This document shows positions 38,819-51,242 of a stretch of DNA of 64,000 nt, piece by piece. The DNA is from Malacoraja senta (lineage: Eukaryota), in the NCBI GenBank assembly GCA_038087875.1, contig CM075999.1, positions 994,001 to 1,058,000 on the forward strand. The letters are read 5' to 3'. The position numbers and the translations under genes are program-made. Within the stretch, counting starts at the first letter, position 1; the number at the start of each line of letters is the position of its first letter. Under the pieces are notes generated by a model. It searched no databases. It was not told the origin of the DNA and worked only from the letters and a program-made list of their open reading frames with translations.

Positions 38819-40224
38819 AACCTCCCTGACTCTCTGACACAGTGCACTGTCAGCGACTATTCTCAATCACAGAGGGAAGGTGTGAAGTCCAGCCCCATCA
38901 CTGAGGGAAAGTTTTATCCTATTTCAATATTGACAGAGGGACAGTCGGTAGTAATGCAATTCCAGTGGTTGGCATGGCGAAAGGTATGAACACATCATAA
39001 GAGGTGGCCATTCAGCTTTCCCTCGCCTCACCCCCCAACCTGTTCAGCGTGTGTAGAATTGGGAAGCAAAATAGATAAATGTGAGCACTCTGTTTAATGC
39101 TGAAAATTTGTTCAATAATATGCAACAATTAATATTTATCATGTTGTCATAGCAACGCAGTTGCACCTTAAGATAAAGGGCACCTCTGTTAGGCCTCAAG
39201 CCTAATTCAACATTCAATGGGATCATGGCTGATCCACCGTTCATTACATTCCTATCCCTTCCTATTATTCTTGATTAGAACTTTATCACCTCAGTCTTGG
39301 AATAAATAGGGCTTCTGCACCCACAGCTCTTTGTGGCAAGAAATTTGAATGATTCACAGTCCTTCTGCCCTGAGACTCTGCCCTCTCCCATGAGATGAAA
39401 CATCTTTTCTGAATTTATTCTCTAGGGCCTGCTTAGAATATTATACCTTTCAAAATGAATGCCTCTTATTCTGCTAAACTCCAGTTAATAATGCCCCAGT
39501 CTGCCTAAAATTCCTTTGAAAAACTCTCAGTCTGAAGAACGGTCTTGACCCGAAACGTCACTTATTCCTTTTCTCCAGAGATGCTGCCTGACCCGCTTTT
39601 TGTGCCCACCTATCACTCGCCAGGCTTTGCCCTGCCCTAGCAACGGTGCGGGCAAGTTGGGCCGAAGGGCCTGTTTCCCTGCTGTATCAATCCATGACTC
39701 TATATGAAGAAAGACAGCCTGAGCTCATCCAGACCTCATCAGCATGAGACTGGCTGTCAGTGAATCGACTCATCTCCAGACCTGACCTTCTTACCTAGAA
39801 AGATAATAATGGACAAAACCCTTTTTCTGTGCAGCAGCCTCAAAGCCCCAGTTTAATATCCTGCATTTACACGAATTGAACAAGTGAAGGATAGATAATA
39901 AGGGGAATACATGCAAAGCAACTCAAGGGGAGATCACAGCAGAGTCTGTTTCAAAATCTAAGCGAGTAAATAAGCATGTTTGGATGAAATATTCGTTGAG
40001 ATATAAGATACAGAATAAAAAGAGGTGTAACCCCTAGGATTTGTTCCCTACGATTCAGCTGTGAACTACTTGTATGCACAATGGTGTTGCCATGGTGACA
40101 CTGGGATTTTGAAATAAATCGACAGTAATGGAGAAGAACACACACTGCTTTCTCCCTCCGAAGGCAGACACAAAGTGCCGGAGTAACTCAGCGGGTCAGG
40201 CAGCATCTCTGGAGAAAACGGATG

Positions 40225-40258
40225 GGTGACGTTTCGGGTCGAATCCCTTCGTCAGACT
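40225..40258 (-). ncRNA. Minimal type-I hammerhead motif (intact core)
   Basis: Minus strand AGT-CTGACGA-A-GGGATTCGACCC-GAAACGTC-ACC. Confidence 0.55.
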
Positions 40259-40682
40259 GGCCCGCTGAGTTACTATCTGAGTTATATTTGGGTCTATCTT
40301 CGGTATAAACCAGCAACTGCATGCTTTCTCTCTCAGGCTCATCTTCCTTCTCTGTTCTTGATAGCAATTGCTTTTTGGGGGGGGAAATGGAACGGAGGAA
40401 GACCATTCAGTCCTTCAAGCCAGTTCTGTGTACTGATATCGCTTGCGATGCTGGCACCTATTGGCCTCCATGGAGTACACGTGAACTGAGGAGGCATTAA
40501 AAGCCAACCATTGGAAGATCTGAAGTCACAAGTAGCCCAGACAGGTTAACAATGGCTGATTTTCTTCCCCGATCAACGTTTTGCCCACATTCTCCAAGAA
40601 ATGAATAGGGATCTTTTAGAACTCAAGGTATTCGAAAGCAATTTACAACCAATAAAATATTAGGTAGTGTAGTCACTGATGC

Positions 40683-40989
40683 TTAGTTTAGTTTAGTTTA
40701 GAGATACAGCGCAGAAACAGTCCCTTCGGCCCACCAGTCCACGCCGACCAGTGATCCCCGCACATTAACGCTATCCTACGCGCACTGGGGACAATTTACA
40801 ATTATACCGAGCCAATTAACCTACAAATCTGGTCGTCTTTGGAGTTGGGAGGAAATGGGAGATCTTGGAGAAAACCCACACAGGTCACGGGAATAACGTA
40901 TAAACTCCGCACAGACAAGCTGCCACAAGGATTGAACCTGGTTCTCTGGCGCTGTAAGGCAGCAACTCTACTGCGGCGCCACCGTGCCG
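40683..40989 (-). mobile_element. HE1-like V-SINE
   Basis: Same consensus as other copies; (TTTAG)n tail. Confidence 0.82.
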
Positions 40990-41298
40990 TGATGTAAGTT
41001 GGGAACGATGAATAGTATGCTACGGATTGATCTGATGAGTGGTCCTCAATGTGGAATGCAGCAGAAAAACACCTGCATCCACAGCAGATCAATGGGCTCT
41101 GTCTGATTTATGTGTCTAATCTATTGAGGGTATATCTTCTACCAAGAACCAGTCTGAAGAAGAGTCCCAATCCGAAACGTCACGCACCTGTTCTCTCCAG
41201 AGATGCTGCCTGACCTGATGATTTACTCCAGCACTTTGTGTCCATTGAAAATGAATTTTACTTTACCTCGGCACATGTGACAAATCAAGCAGCATAGC

Positions 41299-41350
41299 AT
41301 ACCATACCATACCATACCATACCATACCATGCCATACCATACCATACCAT
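41299..41350. repeat. (ACCAT)n microsatellite, tail of a LINE/SINE fragment
   Basis: About 10 units following GTGACAAATCAA. Confidence 0.85.
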
Positions 41351-41704
41351 CTTCGGAATATACCAGCAATCGCAGTTCCTTTCAACACCTTATGAACAAT
41401 GATGTTTCATGAGATCTTCTGCTCACAGCACAGTCTTGGACAACACCTGACAGGGAGACACTATTTCTTGAGGTTTTACAGTCAAGAATAGGGAAATGTA
41501 ACCTTCAATAAAAGGTGAGTCTTTCAGAAGTGAAGATTAGAAGCTTTTCTGGAAGCAACAATGGAGCCTACATCAGCTGTTGGTTTTAAAGTTCCGATAG
41601 ATGAACTCCTGTGAATCAAAGGTAATCGGGTATGTGAGAAAAAGCTATCAGTATGGAATTTGGTCGCACATTCAGCAATTATATAGTTAATTGCAAGCAA
41701 AATG

Positions 41705-42066
41705 GGGGCAGCACAGTGCCACAGCAGGTAGAGCTGCTACTCCAAAGCGCCAGAGTCCAGGGTTCTACCCTGATCCCGGTGCTGCCTGTGTGGAGTTTGC
41801 ACATTCTTCCTGTGACCGCGTGGGTTTTCTCCGGTTTCCGCCCACATCCCATCAACATGTGGGTTTGTAGGGTAATTGGCCTCTGTGAATTGCCCCTGGT
41901 GTGTAGGGAGTGGATGAGAAATGTTAAAATTCTATGTTCTATTCTAACATAGAATCCACCATGTTATTCTGGTGGATAATGTAGAACCAGCGTGAACAGG
42001 TGACCGATGGTTGGCATGGACCTGATGGGCCGAAGGGCTTGTTTCTATGCTGTATCTCTAAACTAA
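41705..42066 (+). mobile_element. HE1-like V-SINE (older)
   Basis: TGGAGTTTGCACATTCTTCCTGTGACCGCGTGGGTTTTCTCCGG core; TGTATCTCTAAACTAA tail. Confidence 0.75.
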
Positions 42067-42070
42067 GCAA

Positions 42071-42298
42071 TTTGGCGGTCTGAGAAACGACTACTGGAGT
42101 TTTCAACAATACTTTATTCGAAAGCTCAAGCTGCAGCATACAGGTTTATCAGACACGTCTGGCCACATCGGTGGTCAGCGCTGAACTAACGCGCGCAAGG
42201 GAAAAACCGCGCAAAAACAACAGCCCCTCCCGAGTCACGTGACCGCGGCTTCTGAACGACGGGATTGATATCTGCGTGCGCTAGCAGATGCCGCTACA
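42071..42298 (-). mobile_element. Solo LTR (Gypsy-like), 228 bp
   Basis: Minus strand begins TGTAGCGG and ends CCGCCAAA (imperfect inverted termini); AATAAA at 42113-42118 (minus); 4-bp TSD GCAA at 42067-42070 and 42299-42302. Confidence 0.7.
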
Positions 42299-42764
42299 GC
42301 AAGGCCTTCAAATGGCCTCCTCCTGTTCCCAAGTTTTTAATATTCCATCTGTTTTTCATATGCTCTTTTTTTCATCTGTAAAATTTCAGTACGGCTCAGC
42401 TTTTGAAGATAAATTCCGTCAACGATTGTGGTGGTTTCATCAGCTAATACGAGCGGTTTTATTCATTAGACTATAATCAGTTTGCATAAGTAGAAATGGA
42501 TATAATAATTACACATCATTTTAGTATGACATTCTCATCATCCGAACTTGTAACTAAAAATTATAATTAGTGCTTTTTACGAGACTTCACATATCATGGT
42601 TAGTGAATACTGAGTCACCTACAGTATTTGTCTCTAATATACACGCTTAATGGAGCCCGTCGGCAATACTGACCATAATATTTACAGGGTGCCAAGGACA
42701 AAGGGTAGAAATGGGCTGCAATTACCCAGGGGATGGGGAGTTGGGACTGGGGCTAGACTTTCGT

Positions 42765-43050
42765 CTTTAGACTGAGATACAGGGTGAAATAAAGGTCCTT
42801 CGGCCCACCAAGTTCACTCTGACCACCTTTTTTTCACTTTACTTTTTTTAAACGAACCAATTAACCTACAAAGCTGTATGACTTTGGAGCGTGGGAGGAA
42901 ACCGGTGCACTCGGAGGAAACCCACGTGGTCACAGTGAGAACGTGCAAACTCCACACGGACAGCACCCGTGGTCAGGATCGAACCAGGGTCCGTGTAAGG
43001 CAGCTGTAAGGCAGTGGTCGTTGCAAGGCAGCAACTCTGCCGCTGCGCTT
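42765..43050 (-). mobile_element. HE1-like V-SINE
   Basis: B-box GGTTCGATCC and V-core on reverse strand. Confidence 0.75.
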
Positions 43051-43239
43051 TTGTGCCTGCTGGTAGAAGTTAGCTCGCAATCGGGAGAAGACTATTGGAA
43101 AGATCACAGCAATGGGATGCACAGGCTCAATGGTTCAATGGTAGATTATTGTCACTTACCTAGGTACAGTGAAATTCCTGTTTTTGCATACAGTTCAGTA
43201 AAAATCTTCCTATATACGGGCACGATCATAGTTAAGTAC

Positions 43240-43958
43240 AAGACAAAGGACAAAGGACATATCATACACCGATTGGTGCAGTGAAATTTGAGTTGCCATG
43301 CAGCACACAAATAAGATAAACACCACACTATAGAATTTAACATAAAACATAAAAACATCCACAGCAGAATCAACGTTTCCCACTGAGAGGGAAGGCAACA
43401 AAGTTCAGTCCTCTTTCTCTTGTTCACCCGTGGTCGGGGCCAATAGAGGCCTCCGCAGTCGCCACAACGGCGGCCCGATGTTTCAGGCCCTCTCGCCGAG
43501 ATGATAGAACTCCGGCGTCGGAACGGTAGAAAGCTCTCAGCGCCTTGGAGTTTCCGAATCGGCCGCTTCCTACCGGAGACCACGGCTGGAGCTCCGCAGA
43601 CCACAGACCACAGACCACCGCAGACCAGCTCCACGGTGTTCAAGTCGGCAGGACCAACACTCCGGAGCTCCAACACGGCGATCCCGGTAATGCATCGTCC
43701 CGCTCCGCGATGGAATTCAGCGCTGCGCTGCCGCTGAAGCTCTGGCCGGTCTCCGGCAGGAAAGGCCGCGCCAATCCCGAAGATGCGGCTCGGAGGAAAG
43801 GCGCATCCTCGACCAGGTAGTGACTGAAAAAAACGGTTTCCCCCTTCCACCCCCCCACACATAAAAAAGACTAAATGACCTCCAAAAACAAACTTTTTGA
43901 CAAACTAAAAATGACAAGAAGAATGAAAGGACAGACAGCTGCTGGCGGGGCTGCCACA
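43240..43958 (-). mobile_element. Unclassified GC/CpG-rich non-autonomous retroposon-like element
   Basis: GC-rich body without credible ORF; LINE-like 3' tail ATTTCACTGCACC... followed by (TTTGTCC)-type repeat on minus strand. Confidence 0.45.
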
Positions 43959-44656
43959 CTCAATGGCACCACCACTTGGTGTAGGAACAGTAGATTACAC
44001 TGAGGCAGTACACAAGAGTAGCTATGTTTCCAGTGCCATCTTAGAACCTAGAACACAAGAACAGGCCCTTTGGTCCACAAAGTCTGTGCTTAACATGATG
44101 CCAACACCATTATTTATCTACCTGCACATAACCCATATCCCTCCATTCCCTGCATATCCATATGCCTGTCCACAAGTTTTTTAAATGCCACTAAACTATC
44201 TGCTTCAACTCATTGATGGCTGGTCAGCACAGACTCGCTGATCGAAGGGCCTGCTTCCATGCTGTGTCTCTTAACTAAACTGAACAAAAGGGTTAGCTAG
44301 ATCCGCACAATTATGAGTACTTCTAATCCCGTTTGGCCTCCTTGACGAAATGCATCCTTGAAATCTCTGGCACAAGACTAGTCAAAGTGCATTCTGAGAA
44401 ATCACTTATAAAAGTTGTCAGTTCCCACGGTGGCGCAGCTGGTAGACCTGCTGCCTTACGGCGCCAGAGACCCAGGTTGGATCCTGACCACGACCACTGT
44501 CTCAGTGGAGTTTGCACGTTCTCCCTGTGACCACGTGGGTTACTTCCGGGTGCTCCTGTTTCCTCTCCCTCCCCAAAGACTTGCCGATTTGAAGGTTAAT
44601 TCACCTCTGTTAAATTGCCCCTAGTGCGCAGGGAGAGGAGGAGAAAGTGGGATAAA

Positions 44657-46453
44657 AAGGGCTGTCTCACTGTGCGAGTTGACCCACGAGTGACCCCGAG
44701 TTTAAAACAAATTTTACTCGTGGTAATCACGTACAATTAACGTAGCGGGAACGTCGGAACTCGTGGACGCAACTTAGCGACTCTTGGCGCTAACGGGAGG
44801 TACACGTGAAACTTGTTAACTCTTGCAAAAGTTCAAACATGTTTGAACTTTTCCACGAGTAAAATGTACTCTTGAGGTTAAAATTTGAAACATTTTAAAC
44901 TCGTCGTAAGAACGTAGTGGCCCGTGCATTTAACTTTGTGACTCGTGAGTCTACCGTGGGAACTCTTTTTAGAAACAATAATCAGGGACAGAAATATCAG
45001 TTACTTAGACTTTTTAAAGACAAATTCTGCTTAACAAAGTTAAACAAGTTATTGATAAGGTGACAGAGTGGGTTGAAAAGAAAAAATTGCTTGAAGTTTA
45101 TATATAAATTTGTGTTGTGTTGTGTTGAAAAGCTTTTTGCTGATCCGTTTGATTCTCACTGTTTGTTTACTTCATTGCAAAATAAAAGAGAGTTCTTTGC
45201 TATCAAGATCAAATTGATGTCTGGAAGTCTTCATTTTAATATCACTACAAAGTCTCATGAATTGAATGTAATATTCCTTTCATCATAAAACACAAAATAG
45301 AGGAAGGCAAAACATATTCACATCTGGATTCTCACAATCATTTGTGAGATTTAAGGACTCAGCTGCCTCATATGCTGTGCTTTTTAAATGTTTAAAATTG
45401 TCCCCTCTCAGTAGATCAGAAAATAAGACAAACAGCACGGTGAATGTGGAACAAAGTCTTTATTCATCTTGTTCAATATAAAAAACGCTTTTTTGCACAT
45501 ATTGAGAAAAGTAGCACCACAGCAAACAACAGTGGTCTGAAAAAGGGCTTCTCATACATGAAAATCAACAAATGAAGCACAAATAAAAGTATTTCCACTA
45601 TATACTAATTCAGCTGAGAAATGCACAAGTCTAAATTCCGGCAATAAAAGATACATGCAATGCGCTAAATGACAAGTTTTGAGATCTACAATCAGTTAAG
45701 CAGATGCATGATAACCACGTTTTAAAGGAAAGACAGATGCAATGAAATTACTTTTACACCACAATAAAAAATAAAATCCACACTTAAAGTTAAACAAAGA
45801 AATGTCAGCAGGATTTAAACTAAACATGAAATTAACTGGATTTTTCTGCATGTGGGCTCTCCTCATGCAGTGATGTACCTGTGGTCGGCAGCCGCTCAAA
45901 ATAAGCTGTCCTGCCACGGCACACTGCCCAATTCTGAATTATAGTAGGAGCAGAGATGGTCTCTCTGCTCTTTTGCACTGTTGGTCCCCGTGTTACCTCG
46001 AAAACACTGCAGTGGCACCAAAGTCTCGTCGTTTGTACCACTCCTCCACGCACCTAGTGTTATTCTCCCTGTTTGACTGTCCACTAAGTCACCGTCCTGC
46101 ATGGCTGTTGCTGATCCTGAAGCTGCACCTCTGATACGGATCAGGTTGTGCAGAACACATGCAGCAAACACAATACTCTCTACGTTCTTTGGCTGGCATG
46201 ACATCATTTTTTTAACGTGATGATTTTTCAACACTTCGATATACATTGTTGCCTCAAGATTAACGGGAGAGGAACTTGGTACACTCGGGAGACGAACTTG
46301 GAACATCGCAGAAATGAGAAGTAAACGGGAAACTTAGACATACCCGTGGGAACTCGGTTAAACTCTGGATCATAAACTTGTAGTCTCGTACGCAACCACG
46401 AGTCTTTCACTCGGGGTCACTCGTGGGTCAACTCGCACAGTGAGACAGACCTT
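44657..46453 (-). mobile_element. Internally deleted PIF/Harbinger DNA transposon
   Basis: ~45-bp TIR (AAGGGCTGTCTCACTGTGCGAGTTGACCCACGAGTGACCCCGAGT, one mismatch); TAA flanks; transposase remnant inside. Confidence 0.85.
45896..46230 (-). pseudogene. Harbinger (DDE_Tnp_4/HARBI1-like) transposase C-terminal fragment
   Basis: PKNVESIVFAACVLHNLIR and SAKEQRDHLCSYY..GSVPWQ, typical C-terminal motifs of Harbinger transposases; catalytic core absent. Confidence 0.78.
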
Positions 46454-47593
46454 TAAGGTAGAACTAGTGTGAGTATGTGATTGACGGTCAGTGGGGACTC
46501 AGTGGCCTGTTTCCATGCTGTATCTCTAAACTAAAGTTCCACTCAAAGTAGAGAAGAAACATTCTGACAATTTACCTGTGGGGTCAGTTCCTCGCAGTTA
46601 ATTCGCTGTAAATGGCTCGATTTATAATCATGTATTGTCTTTCCGCTGACTTGATAGCAAGCGACAAAAGCTGTTGACGGTACACTAAACTAAACTAAAT
46701 TAATTGGTGCCAAGGCAGGCACTTCCTTCTGTCTCCCAGTCAACTGCTGCCTTCAGTGGCCATTTTGTTCAGTCTCAGGCAACAATCCTGGTCTGAGATG
46801 CTGTTCCCACAAACACTCCAATACCTGACAGGCGTTTTCCTGAGTTTTCTAGTTGCTCCCAGATTCTGACAATTAACTTCTTGAACCACGACAACCATTT
46901 AATAGCCGGGCAGACATTTTCTTCAAGCCAGGCGCGCACGATCAAGAAACAAATGTTGCGATAAAATTGCTGGTAATTCTTGGTTAGAGATCTGACCTAA
47001 TGAACACCCACTCACTCCATAATTACCTCTGGAAAGAGTGCAGGCTGCAATTTCAGGCTTGGCAGTCGACAAGGAAAGAAAATTGCTTTATTGCATGGAA
47101 GCTGCAGTGCTTTCTAGTGTGCATCGACGTAACAATTTGTTCTTGCCTTGACCTGAATTATTTAATGTAAATAAATTGAAATGTAAGAAGCTGTCTTTCA
47201 GATGCAAGCAAACTGCATAGCATCTAATGTATTGTTGATGTGTTATGTTTTTGTCTTAAGAAGATCATGCCTAGAATTATCACACAGTATTCAAACCTGC
47301 ATAACGTTAAAACCAACCTTTAAAACCAAAATGTTTTCCAGAATAAAGGTATGAAGGTTGGAAAGGAGATGAGGAGGCATTTCTTTAGTCGGAGGGTGCT
47401 GAATCTGTGGAATTCATTGCCACAAACGGCAAAGGAGGTCAAGTCAATGGATGTTTTTAAGGCGGAGATCGGCTGATTCTTGATTAGTACGGGTGTCGGG
47501 GATTATGGGGAAAAAGCAGGAGAATGGGATTGAAAGGGAAAGATAGATCAGCCATGATTGAATGGCGGAGTGGACTTGATGGGCAGAATGGCC

Positions 47594-48362
47594 TTATCTG
47601 AATGGTGGCCGATTAGGAAAAGGGGAGATGCAACGAGACCTGGGTGTCATGGTACACCAGTCATTGAAAGTAGGAATGCAGGTGCAGCAGGCAGTGAAGA
47701 AAGCAAATGGTATGTTAGCATTCATAGCAAAAGGATTTGAGTATAAGAGCAGGGAGGTTCTACTGCAGTTGTACAGGGTCTTGGTGAGACCACACCTGGA
47801 GTATTGCGTACAGTTTTGGTCTCCTAATCTGAGGAAAGACATTCTTGCCATAGAGGGAGTACAGAGAAGGTTCACCAGACTGATTCCTGGGATGGCAGGA
47901 CTTTCATATGAGAAAAGACTGGATAGACTCGGCTTGTACACGTTGGAATTCAGAAGACTTAGGGGGGATTTTATAGAAACTTACAAAATTCTTAAGGGGT
48001 TGGACAGGCTAGATGCAGGAAGATTATTCCCGATGTTGGGGAAGTCCAGAACTAGGGGTCACAGTTTAAGGATAAGAGGGAAGACTTTTAGGACCGAGAT
48101 GAGGAAATCATTTTTTACACAGAGAGTGGTGAATCTGTGGAATTCTCTGCCACAGAAGGTAGTTGTGGCCAGTTCATTGGCTATATTTAAGAGGGAGTTA
48201 GATGTGGCCCTTGTGGCTAAAGGGATCAGGGGGTATGGAGAGAAGGCAGGGATGGGTTACTGAGTTGGATGATCAGCCATGATCATATCAAATGGCGGTG
48301 CAGGCTCGAAGGGCCGAATGGCCTACTCCTGCACCTATTTTCTATGTTTCTATGTTTCTATG
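47594..48362 (+). mobile_element. Young CR1 3' ~765-bp copy with open ORF2 C-terminus
   Basis: ORF 47628-48263 (RDLGVMV, LYRVLVRPHLEYCVQFWSP, FFTQRVVNLWNSLP); (TTTCTATG)n tail. Confidence 0.93.
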
Positions 48363-49644
48363 TTAATTCTGCTTCTAGAACTTATGAACATGATAATTAA
48401 TTGTGAAAAAGGACAGTGGTGGTGTAATAATTCAATGGTTCAAACAGCATCCCTGGGGAACATGGATAGGTGACGTTTTGGGTCGGGACCCCTTTTCAGA
48501 TCGATTGTGGGAAGGGGTGGGGGAGGAGGGTGGGGGAAGAAAACTGGAAAAGAGGAGGAACAGGAGAAAGCCTGGCAGGTAATAGGTTGATAAAGGAGAA
48601 AAGGATTTTTTTAATAGACAGATATTTGGACAGAGATGATAAGAGACAGAAGGTATGAGACGAAAGGATTGAAGAGTTATGAAGCTAAAATAAACTAGCA
48701 TCTGCATTTCCTGGTATCTCCGTTTTGCTGCTCCACTGTGAAATCTCCTGAAGGTTTGCCTACTTCGAAGATGTTCTCCTTCTCTCTCTGGAGGGATTTT
48801 AGATACCCTCTCTCACTGCACCCCCCTCTGTGATTCCTACTGCTCTCTTACTTACTTATCTATGTTCTCCAAAGATCCTGCCTGACCGCTGAATTTTTTT
48901 TGGGTATACCAACATCTGCAGTTCCGTGTATCCTCTCTCCAATACCTCCCTATCTGTTTCGGTTGTATATTTCATTTGATAGCACTTTAGGTTATTATTA
49001 TATTTATAATACAAATGTGTGTCGTTGACGTAAGCAAATGATGGTAGCAAGTTTTTTTTTGTGAGCAATCGCTGTAAAATTTTGCAAATATTAAACCACC
49101 ATTTCACACAAGAACATTTCTTATTTCTGGCCTGCAACCATTAAACTCTTCAACAAACACACACACAGGGATCTGAGCAGACAGGCACATAAAATGAAGA
49201 GCTAAAAGAAAGTGAAATTATAGTGGAACAATTTCTTTAATCTGATTCAGGGACCTCACTCTTCACATTTGAATAACATATTGGAATATCTCCTTTTTGA
49301 AAAGCATAGCATTATGCGCAATGCATCCCTCCCTGCGATTATTAAAGCATTAATTATTAATAGGCAGGCTGCCGAATGGTCAGAAATGACTTGATTACCA
49401 TATAAAGTAGCCATTCCAAATGGGGAAAATATTACATATGAAAAGATCGTAGATCATTTGGAGACTCAAGAAATTGCAGATGGCAGAATCTTGAGCAAAA
49501 CACAAATTGCTGGAGGAATTGATTCCTGCTGAGTTGCTCCAGCACTTTGTAGTTTTGCTTATAGATTAGTTTCGTTTAGTTTAGAGATGCAGCGCGGAAA
49601 CAGGCTCTTCGGCCCACCGGGTCCGTGCCGGCCAGCGATCCCCG

Positions 49645-49845
49645 CTCGTGGACGTCACGTAGCAGCTCGTTACGCTAACGGCAGGTACTCGGGAAATGTG
49701 GTAAGCTCGTGAGACTCGTGAAGTTTTTTCAACAGTGTGAAAACTTTCCAAGAATAAAAAAAATACTCGTGATGAAGTACCACGAGTTTGATTTTTGTTT
49801 TCAATCGGGAGAGCTCTTGGGTGAATTGCATCGTGGGACAGGCCT
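49645..49845. mobile_element. Partial Harbinger-type MITE
   Basis: Ends CGTGGGACAGGCCT; internal similarity to the 1-114 and 35608-35932 MITEs. Confidence 0.65.
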
Positions 49846-49849
49846 AGGA

Positions 49850-50340
49850 ATACATGGTACATACATCCACACAAAGATATTGGTGCAAGAGCAATCTGTG
49901 AGATTTCAACTTGATTCAAGAGCACCTTGCGATGTCCTTGTGAAGCTGTAAACAGCAAAGCAATGCAGTTGAAAACAGCAGGCCATATGCTGTAGAGGTA
50001 AACTAGACCACAGTACAGCTCTTGAAGATGGAAAACCCTAAGAAGCACGAGAACTATGACATGGATTTCACAGTAGGGGTTTCACTGGTGGAAGATAAAC
50101 GTATACAACAGATGGGTCTGCTCGTGGTACAGCAGGATAGAATAAAGAAGAGGAATTTAACATGAAAAAACCATGCAACTCGCAGATGAATATGTCGATG
50201 TCCATCATGGAACAGGACATCAGGAGAAAGTCTAAAGACATCTGAAGGGGGCCAAAAGAAGAGAGAAGCATGACAACAACAGAGGGTTGAAATACCTGCC
50301 ACCACAAGAGACCATAGGGAGGACGACAATCGATCCAGGG
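49850..50340 (+). mobile_element. Possible ancient RTE-type LINE 3' remnant
   Basis: Stop-riddled reading IKKRNLT*KNHATR resembles the RTE 'RRLxWxGHVxR' motif; weak. Confidence 0.3.
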
Positions 50341-50717
50341 GAACAGTCTACCTAATCCAAAATCCCGAAGACTCTGTTCTTCAATAAAGCATCAAGGTGT
50401 GATTTTTGTTTCATTTTGCATTTTCATCAGCAGTAAAGAGACGTAGAAACCTCACTGCTGTCTGTTTAGTGTAAAACTCATGAGAGTCTATCTGTCTCGC
50501 TAGCCATTTGCAGTCTTGATATTGAAAGCATTTTTCTATTAAATTAATACAATGCCCTTGCTTCTTGTTTAAGGCACCAACTATCTGCAGTATATTCGAG
50601 AGAGAGATTTAACACTCCCTCCAAGCTCACAAGTTAGATGGGGAAGGTCATTCCTCTACAGGGATCCATGTTATAAATATTCATTCTCAAGATTGTGGTC
50701 ATTACTGTACTGGGAAC

Positions 50718-51242
50718 GTGTAAGAAAGTTTAAATCGAAGGTAGACACAAAATTCTGGAGTAACTCAGCTGGGGTGAGGCAGCATCTCTGGAGAGAAAGA
50801 ATGGGCGACATTTCAGGTCGAGACCCTTCTTCAGACTGAAGAAGGGTCTCAATAGACAATAGACAATAGACAATAGGTGCAGGAGCAGGCCATTTGGCCC
50901 TTCGAGCCAGCACCGCCATTCAATGTGATCATGGCTGATCATCCCCAATCAGTACCCCGTTCCTGCCTTCTCCCCATATCCCCTGACCCCGCTATTTTTA
51001 AGAGCCCTATCTAGCTCTCTCTTGAAAACATCCAGAGAACCTGCCTCCACAGCCCTCTGAGGCAGAGAATTGCACAGACTCACCGCTCTCTGTGAGAAAA
51101 AGTGTTTCCTCGTCTCCGTTCTAAATGGCTTACCCCTTATTCTTAAAATGTGGCCCGTAAACTGTCTCGACCCGAAACGTTGCCCATTCCTTCTCTCCAG
51201 AGATGCTGCCTCACCCGCTGAGTTACTCCAGCATTTTGTGTC
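50718..51242. mobile_element. Penelope-terminus inverted pair with nested CR1 3' fragment (50851-51155, minus)
   Basis: 15-bp TSD TACTGTACTGGGAAC at 50703-50717 and 51243-51257; central palindrome GAGACCCTTCTTCAG-A-CTGAAGAAGGGTCTC. Confidence 0.8.

Larger units (their letters stand above)
44426..46535 (+). mobile_element. HE1-like V-SINE split by a Harbinger insertion (44426-44655 and 46457-46535)
   Basis: Flanks rejoin as GAAAGTGGGATAA..TAGAACTAGTGTGA, matching other SINE copies. Confidence 0.8.

Noticed and set aside
43152..43959. Cluster of overlapping ORFs up to 236 aa
   Set aside because: By-product of high GC; no recognisable domain, open on multiple frames and strands
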